IMG/VR virus record: IMGVR_UViG_3300021448_000142
DNA length: 64,000 nucleotides
From: a virus
Strand: one strand, 5' to 3'
The stretch's first letter is position 1; every line of letters starts with the position of its first letter. This document shows, piece by piece, positions 58,801 to 64,000 of this stretch. A program made the translations under genes and the position numbers. The notes under the pieces are model-generated. The model had not been told where the DNA came from. It saw nothing but the letters and a program-made list of their open reading frames with translations, and searched no databases.

Positions 58801-59982
58801 ACCTTGTTGTTCCAAAACAAGAGAGCCAAGCCCATCTTCCAAATCACCAGCCATAGCAACATTATTTTTGAAGTCTTCCTTCAATTTATTAATCGCCTCT
58901 TGATGCTTCTCGGCTTGAATTCGAGATTCTTCTTCTTGAATCCGTGCCTCATTTAACTTTAGACGATAACTCTCGATTTGGGTTTCTAATTGCTCAACTG
59001 TATTATTCTGAGCAAGACGTTTCGTTTGCAGGTCTTCTAATTGGCTAATCCTATCTTGTTCTATCGCTTGGATTGCCAGTCGTGCGCGTTGAATCCCCAA
59101 CGAAAGTTCGCTCTGTTCTCGACGTAACGATGCCTGTGCCTCTTCTAATTCTTGTACTGCTGTCTTTGTCTCTTTGTATGCAGTAACAACATCCGGAAGT
59201 TCAGTCTGAGATTGGCGTTGCCACTGACTTGCAATTTGGTCATTTTCTAATGCAATTTGCTCCAGAATATTCTTCATGGATTCGGACGGACGCATGAATG
59301 AGCGCATAATATTCCGAAGACCAGTTGCGGCAATTCGCGCTGAAAACCCAGTCCGAGTTAGAACAGCCATTGAAGCGCCAAGTTGTTCAATACTAACACC
59401 AACATCCGAACCAAGCGCGGCAACTCTTCCCATCACAGGAGCCAGTTCTTCCATCCGAACCTTACCGAATTGAACTGTACTGAACAGAGTTCGAGAAACA
59501 TCATCTGCCTTACTTGCATTCATATTATATGTATTCAGTACAGTTGAAAGAATATCAACAGTCTCAGCAAGGTCAACACGACCAACAGCGGCTAACTGGG
59601 CGGCAGACTCCAAAAACGCTCGTTGTGATTCTGCTCCCTCAGTAATACCTGCCGAGACAGACTGATAAAGCCCTTCAATAACATCAAGTCGATTTGCTTG
59701 TAAACCAAATTGCGTGTTAATGTCTTTAACTAATTCACCATATTCTGCCTGCGCATCTGCAACGGAACGTGAAATTGTATCCACTTCACGGAATGCTTCA
59801 GCAACACGACCAGCACGTTTTGATAATCCAACCAGCGCCGCGCCAACCGCTACCGAAGCACCAGTCATCACTAAACCGAGATTTCTGACTGCTGAACTTA
59901 GACCAGTAACTATACCTCTAAAAGTACCGGTAATATTACCGGCGCTCGCCATTGACTTCTGATAGTCATCTATATCTGTCAA
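55837..59982 (-). CDS. Tail tape measure protein
   Basis: 1381 aa, helical Ala/Gly/Ile-rich; TP901-type core (GKVRMEELAPVMGRVAALG..VGVSIEQLGASMAVLT); periodic aromatic repeats. Alternative ATG at 59952. Confidence 0.95.
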   Translation of the reverse strand: MTDIDDYQKSMASAGNITGTFRGIVTGLSSAVRNLGLVMTGASVAVGAALVGLSKRAGRVAEAFREVDTISRSVADAQAEYGELVKDINTQFGLQANRLDVIEGLYQSVSAGITEGAESQRAFLESAAQLAAVGRVDLAETVDILSTVLNTYNMNASKADDVSRTLFSTVQFGKVRMEELAPVMGRVAALGSDVGVSIEQLGASMAVLTRTGFSARIAATGLRNIMRSFMRPSESMKNILEQIALENDQIASQWQRQSQTELPDVVTAYKETKTAVQELEEAQASLRREQSELSLGIQRARLAIQAIEQDRISQLEDLQTKRLAQNNTVEQLETQIESYRLKLNEARIQEEESRIQAEKHQEAINKLKEDFKNNVAMAGDLEDGLGSLVLEQQGLVDTLVQLRKRANENNMAFDELFPRTRALQGALALVGEDGQQLKEIFTLMENQGDLTQEQIADLASELDDMSQKDVKNAIEEMQNMEGLMEEVRGPTQDLRDAQSKLKQAVSDLGRIFKEDVIDALENFADAITTAVDKINSLEQTVQEQISEFTVLGLAIGLVLGPLLFFAGQLGLIAQSLGVGLIPLVGTLAVAIGGLSLGFEKAASDGESAGSMFTDMQSLLGRLINFVLTLRDAFIQEVLPGMEDFAVGVLSVIQAVFDGISQETGEGESIIFSFASSVGQAFSTVGTFLQENSDTVSKFVGFLTSGLINEVIPAIQNFAGFVVEKGIPRLEEFADKILNEVKPAAMEMKKAIIEVVNSLIEFAQSEDVKEILSFLEDKAVSLASELNDLVVNIANFVSENSDLIAEILVMAGIFAGLVPVIAPIIEGIIVLGSALVGLASAKGAVAGLGSVISLLGGPITLIAAAVAALAAAWITDFGGIRSKLEPLIEVVKDVGGSIADSLAPTINDVIGAVILLGGYIEWLITWFIDFLSESKAVEVFILSFIYYIKGMANTISGAIRIVINIIRAIIRAFEVVFAFLTGGDVEGASEAFADALESLGRSVVQFFKGLGQLVMRLILTAFGNVLLVFGDILGGITDILGDVWGRIKSVLPSVSDIVGFFKSIFFDPLIGNSVFPDLIDDIISLFTSLPGKIVEAVSGAFSTVYEKFREIVGNIVDTYTDIIDWYIDLASKILDKIPGGEAFKDIGGDIAGWIVDKFSDIVGWYANIATKISQALPSAEKIKEVGKDIAGKVKDGIEAVFSTFADLMPISMEDAKQWGKSLVEQIAEGIRNAEDAIKDAIHDAAGALAKFLPSSPAEKGPLSKSGKPPKESGEALMNDMAAGILMRSPVIESAVSDAMNVQEPTATPETGGSSVTSSNIGGGGSDDTEANVSEKAVYFEEGAFQGVSDEELPQKVRKEVDGAMNEIVDRIESTGGDSGDVR

Positions 59983-60344
59983 TTTATTGACAATGGGCTT
60001 ACTCAGAAGAGCGGGTCTGTGCCTTCATTCTTTTCAGCCCATTGTCATGCTTTGAGGGCCACACCGATGTCGCCCACTGGAGACAAGCTCATATAATCAC
60101 CTCGCTAAATTTAATTTAATTGTATTTATAGTGCTATCTGCCCTTGACAACAGATTTTACACTCATTCAACAACTATACAATTGATTTTTTCCTCTGACA
60201 ATAGCCAGTGATTTTCAACTCCAAAATCTCACTGACTCTTATACGCCAATCGCCGTGTTCTATATGTTCCGGTAAGTCTGTTTCTTTCAACAACGGTATA
60301 ATGTTCTGCATCACCTTTGGGCGTGACGCCCACACACTTCCAAA

Positions 60345-61709
60345 TCACCATATTTCTTTCGTAATAAAGTCGTATCGTATTAAGTCTTCAGTGGTACTTT
60401 GATGTTTGGCAATAGCCACAAGATAATTATGCTCATTAATTCGTTCTGATTGCTGGGATTTGGACGGAACCGACCTTCCACCGACGTTTGACTGCCCATC
60501 ATATTCAACAGCAACACTTTGCTCTCCCCGAACTTCACCATCTTCATTAATCGTCACATCACCCGGAGCCATAGCAGTCAATTCCCGCATAGCTGTCTCT
60601 CGTTCTCGTAATTTTTCGGGCGCTCCCCAATTAGCATCATCTGTTTCATTTATTGTACCAAAATCAAGATAATTTGGGTGTACTTCACGTAATTCAACTC
60701 GCCCGTTCGTTTGCGCTTTTGCCCCAACACGAAACGAGACAGGAACCTGTAGATTATCCGGGTCTTTTTTATAGACAGCAATAACCGTTCCCGCCGTATC
60801 GCCAAACGTAGCATCTACATTTAAATTTCTTTTAGTAGATATTTTGCGCCGGAACGGAAGTGCGGAGTTGGTATTGTTATAATATTGGAGTGGGCCAATT
60901 GAAAACGTAAAACTGTCGGCGCTCGTATCTACGTCCACAAGAACCGAATTAAATAAATTAAATTCATTCAGCGCCGGGTTTTCATCATCGCCGGTTTCAG
61001 CAACTTTCATATACTTTTCTTCGCCAGTATCAACATCCCTCAATTTGAAATGCAAGTTCTGCGAACCAGAACCATAGAGATTGCCCTCAATCCTCTTTAC
61101 AGCAAACTTTTCAATATCATATTGATAGTCGTCGGACGCAAACGGATTAAAAACCCATTCTCCTTCAGTCAACCGCTTTTGATTTTGTAAGTTCCCGTCA
61201 CGATATAACCCCATTGTCACTTCGTTTGGTTCTATAACCAAAGCCGTCCCCTGCTTCGTTCCAGCATTCTGTTGTGCAGAATCAGTTAGTGTTCCCGAAA
61301 GATAATTGCCAAGACCGAGAACAATCTTCACTCCATCTGCAACATATTGGCCGTCCGGACCACTATTATTAAATTGACTTGCAAACCCCGATACATAATC
61401 CGTTCCGGGCAAATAAGGATTGCGTTCTTTTCCCTGAACAATATATGTATCACCGGGTTGAACAGTCATTTCATATAATGGTTTATTAACAGTTACTATA
61501 GAGTCAAATTCATCCGGCGTTTTATAATCGCCATTGACAAACAGAGAAAACCTGCTATTCTTTGTATGTACTGTGTTCGATGACTCAAATATTTTTTTCT
61601 GAGCCACCTTAAGCTCATTCCACGATGTAGAATTCTTCTCATTTCTCTCGGCAATCTCATATGTATTCGCACCTGCCCGCTCCGGATGGGAAATATTTTC
61701 AACACTCAT
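60345..61709 (-). CDS. Putative virion protein with lectin-like beta-sandwich
   Basis: Beta-rich; YLPG and NLYGSG motifs; lies in the structural block. Confidence 0.55.
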   Translation of the reverse strand: MSVENISHPERAGANTYEIAERNEKNSTSWNELKVAQKKIFESSNTVHTKNSRFSLFVNGDYKTPDEFDSIVTVNKPLYEMTVQPGDTYIVQGKERNPYLPGTDYVSGFASQFNNSGPDGQYVADGVKIVLGLGNYLSGTLTDSAQQNAGTKQGTALVIEPNEVTMGLYRDGNLQNQKRLTEGEWVFNPFASDDYQYDIEKFAVKRIEGNLYGSGSQNLHFKLRDVDTGEEKYMKVAETGDDENPALNEFNLFNSVLVDVDTSADSFTFSIGPLQYYNNTNSALPFRRKISTKRNLNVDATFGDTAGTVIAVYKKDPDNLQVPVSFRVGAKAQTNGRVELREVHPNYLDFGTINETDDANWGAPEKLRERETAMRELTAMAPGDVTINEDGEVRGEQSVAVEYDGQSNVGGRSVPSKSQQSERINEHNYLVAIAKHQSTTEDLIRYDFITKEIW

Positions 61710-61735
61710 AAAAGAACAATATCATGTTTCATCTT

Positions 61736-62044
61736 TCAGTTATTAAGGTCATCTGCCATCTGACTCGCATCTTCTACCGACTGCTTTACTTCGTCACTAT
61801 CATAAATATCCATAAATGCAACATATACCATCCACCCGACAAACCCCATTACGCCATACGCAATGATATCAATGGGAATTGTACCAACGACATTAATCTC
61901 TGTACTAATATCAACATCAGTATCAACTGCTCCAGTAGCTACTGCTCCAATCAAGACAGAAACAAGTGCCAAAATAACAATCAGAATTGTGCCAACAATC
62001 CATTTACTTACACTTCTCGTTCCGTTATCCATTCCATTGCTCAT
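61736..62044 (-). CDS. Two-TM membrane protein (holin-like)
   Basis: Two TM helices and a charged C-terminus. Confidence 0.6.
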   Translation of the reverse strand: MSNGMDNGTRSVSKWIVGTILIVILALVSVLIGAVATGAVDTDVDISTEINVVGTIPIDIIAYGVMGFVGWMVYVAFMDIYDSDEVKQSVEDASQMADDLNN

Positions 62045-62237
62045 ATTTTTGCACGATAATAAATGTTAGCAACGCCGAACCAATCAAATAATGTGGTTCC
62101 TTGCTAAATTCTTTTTGTAATGTTTTACTTCGCCCGAGTATAAAACCAACCGCCGCGCCCACAATCGCCATATGCCATTCTTTTATATACGAAAATAGAG
62201 CATTATACTCGGTGTCAGATTCTTTGGTTGGCATCAT
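62025..62237 (-). CDS. Small membrane protein (holin-like)
   Basis: Two short hydrophobic segments. Confidence 0.55.
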   Translation of the reverse strand: MMPTKESDTEYNALFSYIKEWHMAIVGAAVGFILGRSKTLQKEFSKEPHYLIGSALLTFIIVQKYEQWNG

Positions 62238-62974
62238 GTTGTAGAAGCACCAGATTTAGAAGAAATCGTTGCGACTCCACCATCATCATACTTAATTTTC
62301 AATGATTCATCGCCACCATCATAATAGACAATTGCTTTACCGTCACTCGGGGCATTTGGTTCGGTTTGTGCATTATAAATTAAACCACCATCTCTGATTT
62401 CAACATTCCTATTGTTGAGAACAATCGAATCGCCGCTAGTTCCCGAAAGTATTATTTGTGTGTCTCCACCACTCGATACTTCGACTGTACCCGAGTCACC
62501 ATCTTCAATAAAAACACCCGAATCATATTTAATGATGGTATTACTATCTTTCTGAATTCCCGCTCTTGTTGCAGTAAAATTAATCAAAGCAGTGGTAGGA
62601 ACACTACTAACATCATCGGTAATTTCAACATTCTGCCCGTTCCCAACATCCATATCATTATCTACTGTGACTTTGGAATCGAATGTATGAGAGCCATCCC
62701 ACGTTACCGAACTGACGCCCGACCCGTAGGCGATTTCAGTCCATCCATTATTCGAGTCATTTCGATAGATAATATCTTCATCAGTTGCTTCATACCACGC
62801 ATCATCTGGAGCATCATTTGCTGACGGGCGATTGCCAATCGGTCCAGTCATTTTCAAATTTGCATCAACTTTGTCAACAAAATCATAATAATCGTGGTCC
62901 CATCCGTCTTTCTCGTAAGCAGGCTTTGTAATTGTGTGATACGGTGTGTCTTCGTCTTGCTGTTTATCTGTCAT
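62234..62974 (-). CDS. Tail fibre/spike-like protein
   Basis: GPIGNRPSA..WYEATD motif typical of fibre junctions; Gly/Ser/Thr/Asp-rich beta repeats. Confidence 0.6.
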   Translation of the reverse strand: MTDKQQDEDTPYHTITKPAYEKDGWDHDYYDFVDKVDANLKMTGPIGNRPSANDAPDDAWYEATDEDIIYRNDSNNGWTEIAYGSGVSSVTWDGSHTFDSKVTVDNDMDVGNGQNVEITDDVSSVPTTALINFTATRAGIQKDSNTIIKYDSGVFIEDGDSGTVEVSSGGDTQIILSGTSGDSIVLNNRNVEIRDGGLIYNAQTEPNAPSDGKAIVYYDGGDESLKIKYDDGGVATISSKSGASTT

Positions 62975-63436
62975 TTATGTATTTCCCCCAAAACCTCTGC
63001 CAAATATCCGCCCAAACGGTCCTTCGCTTGGCTCTTCTCTCGGACGGCTTTGTTCGGAAAGTGTTTTCGGCCACGGAAGATACAATGCTGTAATTGTTCC
63101 TTGCATAAAATTATCTTCTGAACCCGATTGGCCGAGCGAAACGTCATTCACGGCCAAATACCCAATATATTCATTAAATACAAAATCATTCAAATTCTTT
63201 GCGCGATTGGCAATGCGTTTTAACTCGTCACGTTGGTCTTCTACATTTGGAAATTCATCGGTTGGATACAGCGTAAAAGAGATTGTAATTTCTGCAATTT
63301 CGTTTTCTTCTTCAAAAACAAAATTGTGCGACTCCTCATTAATATCCAATTCATCGTATACTTTGGAATCAGAAAGTTCTACCGACGAAATAGATGGAAT
63401 CTCAACATTGCCAATATAGTAAACCATCTTACACAA
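62975..63436 (-). CDS. Putative tail (distal-tail-like) protein
   Basis: Beta-rich ORF in the structural block. Confidence 0.55.
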   Translation of the reverse strand: MCKMVYYIGNVEIPSISSVELSDSKVYDELDINEESHNFVFEEENEIAEITISFTLYPTDEFPNVEDQRDELKRIANRAKNLNDFVFNEYIGYLAVNDVSLGQSGSEDNFMQGTITALYLPWPKTLSEQSRPREEPSEGPFGRIFGRGFGGNT

Positions 63437-64000
63437 CAGTCAACTCTGGTTTGCCTTCTAACGTAATTTCTTTTCCGTCAACCTGCACACCAGGGTCTTC
63501 TGTTGTATAAACAGTACCAGATTCGCTATTTTTGGGAATAATAACACCGAATTGTACCATAAGCGTCCCCACATTTGAAGTCTCGTCGCCAGCATACAAA
63601 ACAGCATCCGGAAACGCCCCCGTCATATCCGCGCCAACAGAATTGCCATCAATTGATGCACCGAGAAATTCCGTCTTCTCAAAGTTATTGTCAAACTTGA
63701 CACCATAATCTGCCGTCTGACTGACTTCTTCAATCGGTATTTCAGCGGTCAACTGAACTTGTTCACCGGGCTTCGCCTTGTTCCGCCCAAAATAATGTTT
63801 CGCAACTGAATTTTCAGGCGGGTCGCCTTTCACACTATCTTCGATGATGTTAACAGAAACCGAATGGGAATACGTACCCGGGGAAAGACCCTCAGTTTGA
63901 ATTCCATCAAAACTCACGGGCCATGTATCCCCAGGGCTGAGTGTATTTGTCACCTCACGATTGGAAATGGTATGATTCTCATCGCCAAATGCAAAGATTG
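63429..64000 (-). CDS. Structural protein with Ig/cohesin-like domains, truncated at window edge
   Basis: The frame stays open upstream of 63953 to the window end; beta-sandwich pattern. Confidence 0.6.
   Translation of the reverse strand, partial: IFAFGDENHTISNREVTNTLSPGDTWPVSFDGIQTEGLSPGTYSHSVSVNIIEDSVKGDPPENSVAKHYFGRNKAKPGEQVQLTAEIPIEEVSQTADYGVKFDNNFEKTEFLGASIDGNSVGADMTGAFPDAVLYAGDETSNVGTLMVQFGVIIPKNSESGTVYTTEDPGVQVDGKEITLEGKPELTVV

Overview
The window looks like part of a large tailed (Caudoviricetes) virus of halophilic archaea. Supporting signs are strongly acidic proteins, archaeal-type replication genes, TATA/BRE promoters, a tape-measure gene and an AT-rich sequence (roughly 40% GC by eye). 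It has four blocks. (1) 1-25.5 kb, + strand, tightly coupled operons: clamp loader (RFC small and large), Cas4-like nuclease, PolB, degenerate QueE-like protein, dCTP deaminase, Hjc, NDT-like protein, thymidylate kinase, XPD/DinG helicase, a complete PrkA-PrkA-YeaH(DUF444)-SpoVR operon and membrane/lipoprotein genes. (2) 25.5-28.6 kb, essentially non-coding: about 2 kb of short repeats with a compositional switch, then about 1 kb rich in local and long-range helices behind a TATA box (candidate large structured ncRNA). (3) 28.6-51.7 kb, + strand: about 36 short-ORF cassettes, each preceded by the same architecture (T-tract, then a sequence-variable 6-10 bp hairpin, then usually 8-13 nt to the start codon), followed by a MoxR AAA+/vWA module, RNase H, ASCH, ThyX and an ERCC4 nuclease. 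(4) 51.7-64 kb, - strand: tail genes (hub-like protein, tape measure, fibre-like proteins) and small membrane proteins. The two most unusual signals are the T-tract/hairpin cassette array and the candidate large ncRNA at its head. All calls come from motif recognition and manual base-pair inspection; no database search or folding program was run.
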